DNA of 64,000 nucleotides from Escherichia coli. GTDB taxonomy: Bacteria > Pseudomonadota > Gammaproteobacteria > Enterobacterales > Enterobacteriaceae. The position numbers and the translations under genes are program-made. This document shows, piece after piece, positions 12,201-23,963 of the stretch (position 1 is its first letter; every line of letters begins with the position of its first letter). Below the pieces are notes generated by a model, which saw only the letters and a program-made list of their open reading frames with translations, searched no databases and was not told the origin of the DNA. The stretch lies in assembly GCF_013122565.1 (NCBI RefSeq), contig NZ_CP053258.1; one strand, given 5' to 3'.

Positions 12201-13125
12201 GTTCCGGCAGCGTTTCTTGCGCCGCAATATGAATACCCAACGGCAAAACGTTGAGCACGGGTCCGGTAGCCGTCAGCGCCGCCGAGCCCAGTCGACGCAT
12301 AAAGATAAATCCGGCAGCGTAGTCCATGCGATTGCACAATCGCCCCAGCCACAAAGCCGCCAGCGCAAGGGCTAAATCGGTACGCTGCACACCTGAAAGT
12401 TGCGTAGCCAGCTGGCGGAATTCCCCGTCAGTAAATTCCAGTTTCAGGCGCAGAATATCTGCCGAAGCGCTGCGCCCCGGTAAAGGTGCCGGAGAAAGTG
12501 ACGCGGGCGGCGGCAATTGACGACGCTGTTCCGCCCAGAATGCCGCATCACGCTGCCAGGCTTCGCTTTCGCGATATTGCTGGTACTCTTCCACTACATC
12601 AGCGAAAGGCGTAAACGGCGAAGCAGGCGTTGGTTCGCCACGCAGCCATGCGCAGTAAATATTGGCGATCTGGCGGGTAATGGCCGGGAAACTGAAGCCA
12701 TCGACCAGCAAATGGTGATAACGCTGATACCAGTACCAGCGGTTATCCGCCACCTGTATCAACTGATGAAAGACCAGTGGTTTACCGCTATCGACGCGCA
12801 GATCTTGTTGCAAATCCGCCTGCATTAATGCCTGCGCAGTACCGTGCGGATCAATGTTGGTTCGCAGGTCGATAATTTCTGGCAGTTCGAACGTCAGCGC
12901 ATCATCGACCCACTGCCAGACTTCGCCGTTATCTTCCGTAAAACGCATCCGCAGCGTATCTGCTTGCGCTAATCCGGCAACCACCGCGCGGGCCAGTAAT
13001 GGCGCATCAACCTCTCCGGTTAACTCAACGTAATGCGCCACGCTCCAGGCGGAGGGTAAATCCGACAGTTTTTCTGCCATCCAGATGCCGGGCTGTGCGG
13101 CGACCAAAGGTAAATGCTGGCTCAT
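9244..13125 (-). CDS. entF: enterobactin non-ribosomal peptide synthetase EntF
   Basis: ORF track 9244..13263; start placed at MSQHLPLVAAQPGIW (1293 aa); C-domain motif HHLLVDG, adenylation core TSGSTGRPKG, carrier-protein motif LGGHSL and thioesterase GYSLGG all visible. Confidence 0.95.
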   Translation of the reverse strand: MSQHLPLVAAQPGIWMAEKLSDLPSAWSVAHYVELTGEVDAPLLARAVVAGLAQADTLRMRFTEDNGEVWQWVDDALTFELPEIIDLRTNIDPHGTAQALMQADLQQDLRVDSGKPLVFHQLIQVADNRWYWYQRYHHLLVDGFSFPAITRQIANIYCAWLRGEPTPASPFTPFADVVEEYQQYRESEAWQRDAAFWAEQRRQLPPPASLSPAPLPGRSASADILRLKLEFTDGEFRQLATQLSGVQRTDLALALAALWLGRLCNRMDYAAGFIFMRRLGSAALTATGPVLNVLPLGIHIAAQETLPELATRLAAQLKKMRRHQRYDAEQIVRDSGRAAGDEPLFGPVLNIKVFDYQLDIPDVQAQTHTLATGPVNDLELALFPDEHGDLSIEILANKQRYAEPTLIQHAERLKMLIAQFAADPALLCGDVDIMLPGEYAQLAQINATQVEIPETTLSALVAEQAAKTPDAPALADARYQFSYREMREQVVALANLLREHGVKPGDSVAVALPRSVFLTLALHAIVEAGAAWLPLDTGYPDDRLKMMLEDARPSLLITTDDQLPRFVDVPDLTSLCYNAPLTPQGSAPLQLSQPHHTAYIIFTSGSTGRPKGVMVGQTAIVNRLLWMQNHYPLTGEDVVAQKTPCSFDVSVWEFFWPFIAGAKLVMAEPEAHRDPLAMQQFFAEYGVTTTHFVPSMLAAFVASLTPQTARQSCATLKQVFCSGEALPADLCREWQQLTGAPLHNLYGPTEAAVDVSWYPAFGEELAQVRGSSVPIGYPVWNTGLRILDAMMHPVPPGVAGDLYLTGIQLAQGYLGRPDLTASRFIADPFAPGERMYRTGDVARWLDNGAVEYLGRSDDQLKIRGQRIELGEIDRVMQALPGVEQAVTHACVINQAAATGGDARQLVGYLVSQSGLPLDTSALQAQLRETLPPHMVPVVLLQLPQLPLSANGKLDRKALPLPELKAQAPGRAPKAGSETIIAAAFASLLGCDVQDADADFFALGGHSLLAMKLAAQLSRQFARQVTPGQVMVASTVAKLATIIDGEEDSSRRMGFETILPLREGNGPTLFCFHPASGFAWQFSVLSRYLDPQWSIIGIQSPRPNGPMQTAANLDEVCEAHLATLLEQQPHGPYYLLGYSLGGTLAQGIAARLRARGEQVAFLGLLDTWPPETQNWQEKEANGLDPEVLAEINREREAFLAAQQGSTSTELFTTIEGNYADAVRLLTTAHSVPFDGRATLFVAERTLQEGMSPERAWSPWIAGLDIYRQDCAHVDIISPGAFEKIGPIIRETLNR

Positions 13126-13340
13126 TGTGCCTCCTGCAACTGGGTGAAATTCGACGGTGTCAGAGTACGCCAGTGGGTTTCCAGCCACTGCTGGCAGGAC
13201 GCCTGTGACTGCGGCTGACACACAACGTCCCAGCCTGCCGGTAAGGCGCATTGTTGCGGCCACAGACTGAATTGCCCCTGCGCATTGCGCAAAATGTAAA
13301 ACGCTCCCTGCGGATCATCGAAGGGATTACTGAATGCCAT
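13122..13340 (-). CDS. ybdZ: MbtH-like protein YbdZ
   Basis: 72-aa ORF MAFSNPFDDPQGAFYILRNAQGQFSLWP...; stop overlaps the entF start (ATGA). Confidence 0.85.
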   Translation of the reverse strand: MAFSNPFDDPQGAFYILRNAQGQFSLWPQQCALPAGWDVVCQPQSQASCQQWLETHWRTLTPSNFTQLQEAQ

Positions 13341-13342
13341 AT

Positions 13343-14545
13343 TCAACTCCTGTCATGGAAAAGTGGTTGCCAGAGGTCGATTAGCCCCTGCATCAAGCCA
13401 CCGCGCCAACAAAGCGCATCATGTCCGCCGTCAACCTGACGCCAGAAAATGGATACTTTTATGGGGTGTAATTGCGCATATAGCGCCTGATTGGCCCGCA
13501 TGATCATCGGCTCGCGAATACCCGCTTCCAGCACAATGCGCAGACCTTCGGCGCTAACTTCACCAGCTTTAAGCTTTTCAAGTAACACGCCCTCTTGCTG
13601 CCCGCCCCGGTGCGGCCACCAGTACGATCCTGACTGGCTTAATACACAGCCAAAGCGTTCAGGCCAGTGCAGTCCGGCATACAGCGCGGAAAGCCCACCA
13701 AAACTCTGCCCGGCGACCACGGTGCGATCGGCGCGATCGCTAAAAGGGGCAATAGCTTTCACCAGGGGTAATAACTCTTGCTGTACTGCCAGCCAGAAAT
13801 CCGCATTACACGGCAGTTCGTGGGCGCGATGCGTGGTGTCGATAGCGTCGATCAACACATACACGGCGGGAGGAAGTTGCTGACGATGGGTCAACGAAGT
13901 CAGCGCAGGCCAGACGGGCATACTCTGCGCCCAAAATTCGCCATCAAGCAAAACTGCCAGCGGGCGTTCTTCTGCTGTTGCATCACCGGTGGTAAAAATC
14001 CATACACGGCGTGAATTTTTCAACCGTTCACTTTTCCAGATAATTTCTTTGGCTGGTATTTCTGGCGCTTGCGGACAATCCCATCCCGGTTGCAGAGGCG
14101 CTTGCGGCATTTCGAGTGCAGAAACAGCGTGCCCTCGCCCGCCTTTCCAGCTTTGTGGATTCAGCGGATCGGCTATTGCCTGGGGTAATAGTTTTCGCCA
14201 GCCTTCACGTAATTCGAGGCGATCGGGGGATGGTGCAGAAAAAATGTCATCGCGTTCGGTGGGAATAAAGCAGTAGCTGCCGCGCCAGTTGGCATTGAGT
14301 TGTGTCGTCCACTGCCAGACATCAGTACCTGCAATTCGCTGCATCGACTGGGGCTGGCTGTTCTGATGATGATCGGTCACACCAGTGATGTAGACCCATA
14401 CGCGCTTTATCGTCGAGTATTCTTCAGAACCTTGGGGATCACGCCACCAGAAAGTGACCTCAAACATTTCGTCATTCAGACGCTGCCATTCCGGGCCATG
14501 TTTCGACTGCCACCAGCTCTCACTTCCTACTTTTAACGCCGTCAC
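13343..14545 (-). CDS. fes: enterochelin esterase Fes
   Basis: 400-aa ORF MTALKVGSESWWQSKHGPEWQRL... with GTG start; esterase motif GQSFGG. Confidence 0.9.
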   Translation of the reverse strand: MTALKVGSESWWQSKHGPEWQRLNDEMFEVTFWWRDPQGSEEYSTIKRVWVYITGVTDHHQNSQPQSMQRIAGTDVWQWTTQLNANWRGSYCFIPTERDDIFSAPSPDRLELREGWRKLLPQAIADPLNPQSWKGGRGHAVSALEMPQAPLQPGWDCPQAPEIPAKEIIWKSERLKNSRRVWIFTTGDATAEERPLAVLLDGEFWAQSMPVWPALTSLTHRQQLPPAVYVLIDAIDTTHRAHELPCNADFWLAVQQELLPLVKAIAPFSDRADRTVVAGQSFGGLSALYAGLHWPERFGCVLSQSGSYWWPHRGGQQEGVLLEKLKAGEVSAEGLRIVLEAGIREPMIMRANQALYAQLHPIKVSIFWRQVDGGHDALCWRGGLMQGLIDLWQPLFHDRS

Positions 14546-14593
14546 ACCATAACCCCATGTTTACTGTGCAATTTTTCATTGATTGCAGAAATA

Positions 14594-14628
14594 TATTGAT
14601 AATATTATTGATAACTATTTGCATTTGC
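14594..14628. promoter_or_regulatory. Fur box cluster in fes/fepA divergent promoter
   Basis: tgataatattattgataactatttgcatttgcaatag contains tandem overlapping Fur-type hexamers; hand-placed coordinates, +/- a few bp. Confidence 0.6.
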
Positions 14629-14787
14629 AATAGCGTAATGGCGCGCCGTGGGAAGCGCGGACATTAATTAACCAACTGCACTGCGTGTCTTTCAGGATCA
14701 AAGGCTTTCGCGGTAGCGGGCTGCGTCATGCTGGTGACGCCCCTGCCCGACAGTTGCAATTCGTGGCAAAAATGCAGGAATAAAACA

Positions 14788-17028
14788 ATGAACAAGAAGA
14801 TTCATTCCCTGGCCTTGTTGGTCAATCTGGGGATTTATGGGGTAGCACAGGCACAAGAGCCAACCGATACTCCTGTTTCACATGACGATACCATTGTCGT
14901 TACCGCCGCCGAGCAGAACTTGCAGGCACCTGGCGTTTCGACCATCACCGCAGATGAAATCCGCAAAAACCCGGTTGCCCGCGATGTGTCGGAGATCATC
15001 CGTACCATGCCAGGCGTTAACCTGACCGGTAACTCCACCAGTGGTCAGCGTGGTAATAACCGCCAGATTGATATTCGCGGCATGGGTCCGGAAAACACGC
15101 TGATTTTGATTGACGGCAAGCCAGTAAGCAGCCGTAACTCGGTGCGTCAGGGCTGGCGTGGTGAGCGCGATACCCGTGGTGATACCTCCTGGGTGCCACC
15201 TGAAATGATTGAACGTATTGAAGTTCTGCGTGGTCCGGCAGCTGCGCGTTACGGCAACGGCGCGGCGGGCGGCGTGGTTAACATCATTACCAAAAAAGGC
15301 AGCGGTGAGTGGCACGGCTCCTGGGATGCTTATTTCAATGCGCCAGAACATAAAGAGGAAGGTGCCACCAAACGCACCAACTTCAGCCTGACCGGTCCGC
15401 TGGGCGACGAATTCAGCTTCCGCTTGTATGGCAACCTCGACAAAACCCAGGCTGACGCGTGGGATATCAACCAGGGCCATCAGTCCGCGCGTGCCGGAAC
15501 GTATGCCACGACGTTACCAGCCGGGCGCGAAGGGGTGATCAACAAAGATATTAATGGTGTCGTTCGTTGGGATTTCGCACCTCTGCAGTCACTCGAACTG
15601 GAAGCGGGCTACAGCCGCCAGGGTAACCTGTATGCGGGCGATACCCAGAACACCAACTCTGACGCTTACACTCGCTCGAAATATGGCGATGAAACCAACC
15701 GCCTGTATCGCCAGAACTACTCGCTGACCTGGAACGGTGGCTGGGATAACGGCGTGACCACCAGCAACTGGGTGCAGTACGAACACACCCGTAACTCGCG
15801 CATCCCGGAAGGTCTGGCGGGCGGCACAGAAGGGAAATTTAACGAAAAAGCGACACAGGATTTCGTCGATATCGATCTTGATGACGTGATGCTGCATAGC
15901 GAAGTTAACCTGCCGATTGATTTCCTCGTTAACCAGACGCTGACGCTGGGTACGGAGTGGAATCAGCAACGGATGAAGGACTTAAGTTCCAACACCCAGG
16001 CACTGACCGGAACGAATACCGGCGGCGCTATTGATGGTGTGAGTGCCACCGACCGTAGCCCGTATTCAAAAGCAGAAATTTTCTCGCTGTTTGCCGAAAA
16101 CAACATGGAGCTGACTGACAGCACCATCGTAACGCCGGGGCTGCGTTTCGATCATCACAGTATTGTCGGCAATAACTGGAGCCCGGCGCTGAACATATCG
16201 CAAGGTTTAGGCGATGACTTCACGCTGAAAATGGGCATTGCCCGCGCCTATAAAGCGCCGAGCCTGTACCAGACTAACCCGAACTACATTCTCTACAGTA
16301 AAGGTCAGGGCTGCTATGCCAGCGCGGGCGGCTGCTATCTGCAAGGTAACGATGACCTGAAAGCAGAAACCAGCATCAACAAAGAGATTGGTCTGGAGTT
16401 CAAACGCGACGGCTGGCTGGCGGGCGTCACCTGGTTCCGTAACGATTATCGCAATAAGATTGAAGCGGGCTATGTGGCTGTAGGGCAAAACGCAGTCGGC
16501 ACCGATCTCTATCAGTGGGATAACGTGCCGAAAGCGGTGGTTGAAGGTCTGGAAGGATCTTTAAACGTACCGGTTAGCGAAACGGTGATGTGGACCAATA
16601 ACATCACTTATATGCTGAAGAGTGAAAACAAAACCACGGGCGACCGTTTGTCGATCATCCCGGAGTATACGTTGAACTCAACGCTGAGCTGGCAGGCACG
16701 GGAAGATTTGTCGATGCAAACGACCTTCACCTGGTACGGCAAGCAGCAGCCGAAGAAGTACAACTATAAAGGTCAGCCAGCGGTTGGCCCGGAAACCAAA
16801 GAAATTAGTCCTTACAGCATTGTTGGCCTGAGCGCGACCTGGGATGTGACGAAGAATGTCAGTCTGACCGGCGGCGTGGACAACCTGTTCGACAAACGTT
16901 TGTGGCGTGCGGGTAATGCCCAGACCACGGGCGATCTGGCAGGGGCCAACTATATCGCCGGTGCCGGTGCGTATACCTATAACGAGCCGGGACGTACGTG
17001 GTACATGAGCGTTAATACTCACTTCTGA
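14788..17028 (+). CDS. fepA: TonB-dependent outer-membrane ferric enterobactin receptor FepA
   Basis: ORF track 14728..17028; start placed at MNKKIHSLALLVNLGIYGVAQA (746 aa); TonB-box region DTIVVTA; terminal aromatic residue (..SVNTHF). Confidence 0.95.
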   Translation: MNKKIHSLALLVNLGIYGVAQAQEPTDTPVSHDDTIVVTAAEQNLQAPGVSTITADEIRKNPVARDVSEIIRTMPGVNLTGNSTSGQRGNNRQIDIRGMGPENTLILIDGKPVSSRNSVRQGWRGERDTRGDTSWVPPEMIERIEVLRGPAAARYGNGAAGGVVNIITKKGSGEWHGSWDAYFNAPEHKEEGATKRTNFSLTGPLGDEFSFRLYGNLDKTQADAWDINQGHQSARAGTYATTLPAGREGVINKDINGVVRWDFAPLQSLELEAGYSRQGNLYAGDTQNTNSDAYTRSKYGDETNRLYRQNYSLTWNGGWDNGVTTSNWVQYEHTRNSRIPEGLAGGTEGKFNEKATQDFVDIDLDDVMLHSEVNLPIDFLVNQTLTLGTEWNQQRMKDLSSNTQALTGTNTGGAIDGVSATDRSPYSKAEIFSLFAENNMELTDSTIVTPGLRFDHHSIVGNNWSPALNISQGLGDDFTLKMGIARAYKAPSLYQTNPNYILYSKGQGCYASAGGCYLQGNDDLKAETSINKEIGLEFKRDGWLAGVTWFRNDYRNKIEAGYVAVGQNAVGTDLYQWDNVPKAVVEGLEGSLNVPVSETVMWTNNITYMLKSENKTTGDRLSIIPEYTLNSTLSWQAREDLSMQTTFTWYGKQQPKKYNYKGQPAVGPETKEISPYSIVGLSATWDVTKNVSLTGGVDNLFDKRLWRAGNAQTTGDLAGANYIAGAGAYTYNEPGRTWYMSVNTHF

Positions 17029-17067
17029 TGCTAACGTCAGATTGTTGACAAAGTGCGCGTCGTTCAT

Positions 17068-17164
17068 GCCGGATGCGGCGTGAACGCCTTATCCGGCCTA
17101 CAAAATCTTGCTAATTCAATATATTGCAGGACTACGTAGGCCTGATAAGCGTAGCGCATCAGGC
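17068..17164. repeat. pair of REP elements (BIME-like) downstream of fepA
   Basis: gccggatgcggcgtgaacgccttatccggcctac and gtaggcctgataagcgtagcgcatcaggc are canonical REP palindromes in inverted orientation. Confidence 0.65.
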
Positions 17165-17201
17165 AGTTTTGCGTTTGTCATCAGTCTCTAATACGGTCGA
17201 C

Positions 17202-17822
17202 ATGAAAACTACGCATACCTCCCTCCCCTTTGCCGGACATACGCTGCATTTTGTTGAGTTTGATCCGGCGAGTTTTCACGAGCAGGATTTACTCTGGCTG
17301 CCGCACTACGCGCAACTGCAACACGCTGGACGGAAGCGCAAAGCCGAACATTTAGCCGGACGGATCGCTGCAGTTTATGCGCTGCGGGAATATGGCTATA
17401 AATATGTGCCCGCAATCGGCGAGCTACGCCAACCTGTGTGGCCTGCGGGGGTATACGGCAGCATTAGTCACTGTGGGACTACGGCATTAGCCGTGGTATC
17501 TCGTCAACCGATTGGCATTGATATTGAAGAAATTTTTTCTGCGCAAACCGCAAGAGAATTGACAGACAACATTATTACGCCAGCGGAACACAAGCGACTC
17601 GCAGACTGCGGTTTAGCCTTTTCTCTGGCGCTGACACTGGCATTTTCCGCCAAAGAAAGCGCATTTAAGGCATCGAAGAGACAAACTGAAGCAGGTTTTA
17701 TGGACTATCAGATAATTAACTGGAATAAACAGCAGGTCATCATTCATCGTGAGAATAAGATGTTTGCTGTGCACTGGCAGATAAAAGAAAAAATAGTCAT
17801 AACTCTGTGCCAACACGATTAA
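17202..17822 (+). CDS. entD: phosphopantetheinyl transferase EntD
   Basis: ORF track 17124..17822 begins inside the REP element; start placed at MKTTHTSLPFAGHTLHFVEF; 4'-PPTase motifs GIDIEE and FSAKESAFK. Confidence 0.88.
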   Translation: MKTTHTSLPFAGHTLHFVEFDPASFHEQDLLWLPHYAQLQHAGRKRKAEHLAGRIAAVYALREYGYKYVPAIGELRQPVWPAGVYGSISHCGTTALAVVSRQPIGIDIEEIFSAQTARELTDNIITPAEHKRLADCGLAFSLALTLAFSAKESAFKASKRQTEAGFMDYQIINWNKQQVIIHRENKMFAVHWQIKEKIVITLCQHD

Positions 17823-17943
17823 TTGACAACATCTGGTACGATTCGCCCGCAGCCATCACTGACCGCGGGCGAAAGTGTAAAGCAGGTGCCCTACCATCCT
17901 GACCTGACAACCGGATATGCGGGGATTGCTCCCCGCACAACGG

Positions 17944-18096
17944 CTACTTCTTCGGTTCGTAAGCGAGAACAGCCTTAAACTCAATATTACGTTCCTTCAC
18001 CGTAAACTCACACAGCGAGTCTCCGACCAGAAGCGTAAATCCCAGTACCGTCAAACACAGCACTATGACTGCCACAAGGGCATATTTCGTCAGCAT
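17944..18096 (-). CDS. hokE: Hok-family type I toxin HokE
   Basis: 50-aa product [50 protein letters not shown]; the 78-aa track ORF is an artefact whose first codons lie inside IS150. Confidence 0.85.
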   Translation of the reverse strand: MLTKYALVAVIVLCLTVLGFTLLVGDSLCEFTVKERNIEFKAVLAYEPKK

Positions 18097-18192
18097 GTTT
18101 ATATTGCCTCCATGCGAAGAAGGGACTACCATCCAAATTGCTAGGTTTGGGTAGGTAGCCCCAGGGTGTACTGACCCCAAAAAGTTGGACAG

Positions 18193-19044
18193 TTAAACAC
18201 GAGGCATATAGGTCTGATTCCGATATTCAATTGGAGTCAGACCTTTTAATTTCAGGCTAATTCTTCTGCTGTTGTAGTATTCAATATATTCCGTAACAGC
18301 ATCCTTCAGTTCGCTTATATTACTGAACTCATCAAGATAAAAACACTCCGACTTTAAGGTTCCAAAGAAACACTCCACCACAGCATTATCCAGACAATTG
18401 CCTTTTCTGGACATGCTTTGTTTAATACCATGTTCTTTAAGGATATTTTGATATCTTCTCATACGATACTGCCATCCCTGGTCAGAGTGCAGAACAGGAT
18501 GCTCGTGAGGATTAAGCTTTTTGAATGCCTGATCGAGCATATTCTCAACCATGTTCATCACTGGTCTTTCCGAAAGGCTGTAAGAAATAACTTCATTGTT
18601 GAAGAGATCTATTACTGGAGACAAATACAGCTTGCGCCCATTGACTGCAAATTCAGTAACATCGGTAACCCACTTCTCGTTTGGCCGCGTAGCCTTGAAA
18701 TCTCTTTGGAGAACATTGGGGGCGGTTTGCCCTACCTCTCCTCTGTAAGAGCGGTATCGCTTGACCTTAATCGCTGCCTTAAGTGAGAGGGTTCCCATCA
18801 GGCGCTGAACAGCTTTATGGTTAATCTGTTTCCCTTCTCGATGAAGAGACAGCGTTACCCTACGGTATCCGTATCGGCCTCTATTCTCATGATAAATCTC
18901 ACCAATACGCTTTTTAACGTCCGCATACTTGTCAGGCTTGCTGAGAGCCTTTAGATGGTAATAAAACGTACTGCGCGGTATCTCCGCAGCCCTGAGAAGC
19001 TCATCAAGAGGATAAAACTGCCTTAGCTCGTTGAGTACTTTCAC
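18193..19044 (-). CDS. insK: IS150 transposase OrfB (InsK)
   Basis: 283-aa [34 protein letters not shown]... with integrase-core region; overlaps the insJ 3' end as expected for a frameshift-fused IS3 transposase. Confidence 0.9.
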   Translation of the reverse strand: MKVLNELRQFYPLDELLRAAEIPRSTFYYHLKALSKPDKYADVKKRIGEIYHENRGRYGYRRVTLSLHREGKQINHKAVQRLMGTLSLKAAIKVKRYRSYRGEVGQTAPNVLQRDFKATRPNEKWVTDVTEFAVNGRKLYLSPVIDLFNNEVISYSLSERPVMNMVENMLDQAFKKLNPHEHPVLHSDQGWQYRMRRYQNILKEHGIKQSMSRKGNCLDNAVVECFFGTLKSECFYLDEFSNISELKDAVTEYIEYYNSRRISLKLKGLTPIEYRNQTYMPRV

Positions 19045-19562
19045 TTTTTCGTGGGATGAGCTAAGGCTTTCAGCTTTTTTAGATACACAAGCCGCGTTTC
19101 AAGAAATCGAACTTGCCTTTCAAGATCCTCAATGCGTCGGTCTTTTGACAGCTCCAATGCTGATGCCGCTTTTTCTGGATCAACTGATATTGCAATGTTT
19201 CTTTTGGTGCCAATCTTGAGCGCGCGTAAACCAGCTTCTCCGCGCTCTTCATAAACCTTCAGCCACCTGGCTACAGAACCACTACCAGCAAGCATAAAGT
19301 GAGCAGCAGCCTGATTAAGGGACATGTGCTGCTCGATCACAGCTTTCACGACCTTAATACGCAACTCTGGATCAGCACTAACACCTTTAGGTTTGGGAAT
19401 TAAACCTTTTTCTCCATGTTTTTCATAGAGGGCAACCCATGTCCTGACCTGGGTTCGGGGGACACCAAAACGTGCCGAGATGATCCTGTAACCATCATCA
19501 GTAGTGAAGTAGTGATTCACGACTTCAAGGCGCTTTTCAAAAGGGTATTTTGGCTTTGACAT
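19041..19562 (-). CDS. insJ: IS150 transposase OrfA (InsJ)
   Basis: 173-aa ORF MSKPKYPFEKRLEVVNHYFTTDDGYRIISARFGVPRTQV... (helix-turn-helix N-terminus). Confidence 0.9.
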   Translation of the reverse strand: MSKPKYPFEKRLEVVNHYFTTDDGYRIISARFGVPRTQVRTWVALYEKHGEKGLIPKPKGVSADPELRIKVVKAVIEQHMSLNQAAAHFMLAGSGSVARWLKVYEERGEAGLRALKIGTKRNIAISVDPEKAASALELSKDRRIEDLERQVRFLETRLVYLKKLKALAHPTKK

Positions 19563-19984
19563 ATCAGGGGCTATTCCATTTCATCGTCCAACAAAATGGG
19601 TGCAGTACAGGGTTGATAGAAATATCTCCTGGGGCTTCATCTTTCCAGACCTCAGAGTAAACCTGAAACCGGAAAGCTTCAGGCACCCGCCGTTATCTTA
19701 CCCTTCCTCAACAAAATAGCTGTTTATTTATACAGTGAGTCCTGTTTCGGACTTCTCACTCCCCATTTGATCAACTGAAGCTGAACCCGTTTTTTTCTGC
19801 ATGCCGCAATCGTCAAAATTCTTCGCCACCAGCCAGCCGTGCCATAACTTGTCACATTGCAAAAGTAGCCAAATTGCTTCAGGCACCATCAGTTCACCAT
19901 CACCAAAAAAAAGAAACATTCCAGAACTTCCGCATCTCGCCCAGCCGCTCCGACTTCTATACTGAATAGAAAACGCCAACATAA

Positions 19985-21112
<1,128 letters not shown>

Positions 21113-21177
21113 GCCTGGAATTGCCTTACAGAAGAATATCCCTGACAATGGTGTTTTAACTTACATTTAACAATGTT

Positions 21178-21426
21178 ATGAAACACCCTTTAGAAACCTT
21201 GACCACCGCAGCAGGCATTTTGCTGATGGCTTTCCTCTCTTGCCTGCTGCTGCCCGCCCCCGCACTGGGGCTTACGCTGGCACAAAAACTGGTGACCACG
21301 TTCCATCTGATGGATCTTAGTCAGCTTTACACTTTATTGTTTTGTCTGTGGTTTTTAGTGCTGGGCGCTATTGAGTATTTTGTTCTGCGCTTTATCTGGC
21401 GACGCTGGTTCTCGCTGGCGGATTAA
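21178..21426 (+). CDS. ybdJ: small inner-membrane protein YbdJ
   Basis: 82-aa ORF with two hydrophobic segments, [25 protein letters not shown]... Confidence 0.85.
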   Translation: MKHPLETLTTAAGILLMAFLSCLLLPAPALGLTLAQKLVTTFHLMDLSQLYTLLFCLWFLVLGAIEYFVLRFIWRRWFSLAD

Positions 21427-21490
21427 ACGTCGATTATCGCCGTACTTCGCGGCATACTTTGCTTATTCTCCTTCGCCTAAAGGAACGTTT

Positions 21491-21859
21491 ATGGATAAGC
21501 AATCACTGCACGAAACGGCGAAACGCCTGGCCCTTGAGTTACCCTTTGTCGAGCTTTGCTGGCCTTTTGGCCCGGAGTTCGATGTTTTTAAAATTGGCGG
21601 CAAGATTTTTATGCTGTCGTCGGAGCTACGCGGCGTCCCCTTTATCAATCTGAAGTCCGATCCACAAAAATCCCTGTTAAATCGGCAAATATACCCAAGC
21701 ATTAAGCCAGGGTATCACATGAATAAAAAGCACTGGATTTCGGTGTATCCCGGCGAGGAAATCTCCGAAGCGTTACTTCGCGATCTGATCAACGATTCGT
21801 GGAATCTGGTGGTTGATGGTCTGGCTAAACACGATCAAAAAAGAGTGCGTCCAGGCTAA
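21491..21859 (+). CDS. ybdF: uncharacterised protein YbdF
   Basis: ORF track 21371..21859; start placed at [19 protein letters not shown] (122 aa). Confidence 0.85.
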   Translation: MDKQSLHETAKRLALELPFVELCWPFGPEFDVFKIGGKIFMLSSELRGVPFINLKSDPQKSLLNRQIYPSIKPGYHMNKKHWISVYPGEEISEALLRDLINDSWNLVVDGLAKHDQKRVRPG

Positions 21860-21952
21860 AGCGGAAATCTATAGCGCATTTTTCTCGCTTACCATTTCTC
21901 GTTGAACCTTGTAATCTGCTGGCACGCAAAATTACTTTCACATGGAGTCTTT

Positions 21953-22606
21953 ATGGATATCATTTCTGTCGCCTTAAAGCGTCATTCCACTAAGGCATTT
22001 GATGCCAGCAAAAAACTTACCCCGGAACAGGCCGAGCAGATCAAAACTCTCCTGCAATACAGCCCATCCAGCACCAACTCCCAGCCGTGGCATTTTATTG
22101 TTGCCAGCACGGAAGAAGGTAAAGCGCGTGTTGCCAAATCCGCTGCCGGTAATTATGTGTTCAACGAACGTAAAATACTTGATGCCTCGCACGTCGTGGT
22201 GTTCTGTGCAAAAACCGCGATGGACGATGCCTGGCTGAAGCTGGTTGTTGACCAGGAAGATGCTGATGGCCGCTTTGCCACGCCGGAAGCGAAAGCCGCG
22301 AACGATAAAGGTCGCAAGTTCTTCGCCGATATGCACCGTAAAGATCTGCATGATGATGCAGAGTGGATGGCAAAACAGGTTTATCTCAACGTCGGTAACT
22401 TCCTGCTCGGCGTGGCGGCTCTGGGTCTGGACGCGGTACCCATCGAAGGTTTTGACGCCGCCATCCTCGATGCAGAATTTGGTCTGAAAGAGAAAGGCTA
22501 CACCAGTCTGGTGGTTGTTCCGGTAGGTCATCACAGCGTTGAAGATTTTAACGCTACGCTGCCGAAATCTCGTCTGCCGCAAAACATCACCTTAACCGAA
22601 GTGTAA
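21953..22606 (+). CDS. nfsB: oxygen-insensitive NAD(P)H nitroreductase NfsB
   Basis: ORF track 21902..22606; start placed at [26 protein letters not shown] (217 aa). Confidence 0.93.
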   Translation: MDIISVALKRHSTKAFDASKKLTPEQAEQIKTLLQYSPSSTNSQPWHFIVASTEEGKARVAKSAAGNYVFNERKILDASHVVVFCAKTAMDDAWLKLVVDQEDADGRFATPEAKAANDKGRKFFADMHRKDLHDDAEWMAKQVYLNVGNFLLGVAALGLDAVPIEGFDAAILDAEFGLKEKGYTSLVVVPVGHHSVEDFNATLPKSRLPQNITLTEV

Positions 22607-22665
22607 TTCTCTCTTGCCGGGCATCTGCCCGGCTATTTCCCCTCAGATTCTCCTGATTTGCATAA

Positions 22666-23961
<1,296 letters not shown>

Positions 23962-23963
23962 TT

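Larger units (their letters stand above)
18167..19609 (-). mobile_element. IS150 (IS3 family), complete copy, 1443 bp
   Basis: Terminal inverted repeats tgtactgacccc (18167-) and ggggtgcagtaca (-19609); encodes InsJ and InsK; flanked by GGG at 18164-18166 and 19610-19612. Confidence 0.9.

Noticed and set aside
9313-12828. Many 60-180-aa ORFs on the plus strand inside entF (e.g. 9453..10001, 11005..11352, 11965..12375)
   Set aside because: They are antisense to a well-supported 1293-aa NRPS gene, have Arg/Pro/Ala-rich low-complexity translations typical of GC-rich antisense frames, and have no start context.
17944-18180. 78-aa extended form of the hokE ORF
   Set aside because: Its first five codons lie inside the IS150 terminal repeat; the real product is the 50-aa HokE from the ATG at 18096.
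19728-19982. 84-aa minus-strand ORF upstream of ybdK
   Set aside because: Lies in the ybdK promoter / former hokE upstream region, with no recognisable similarity or start context.
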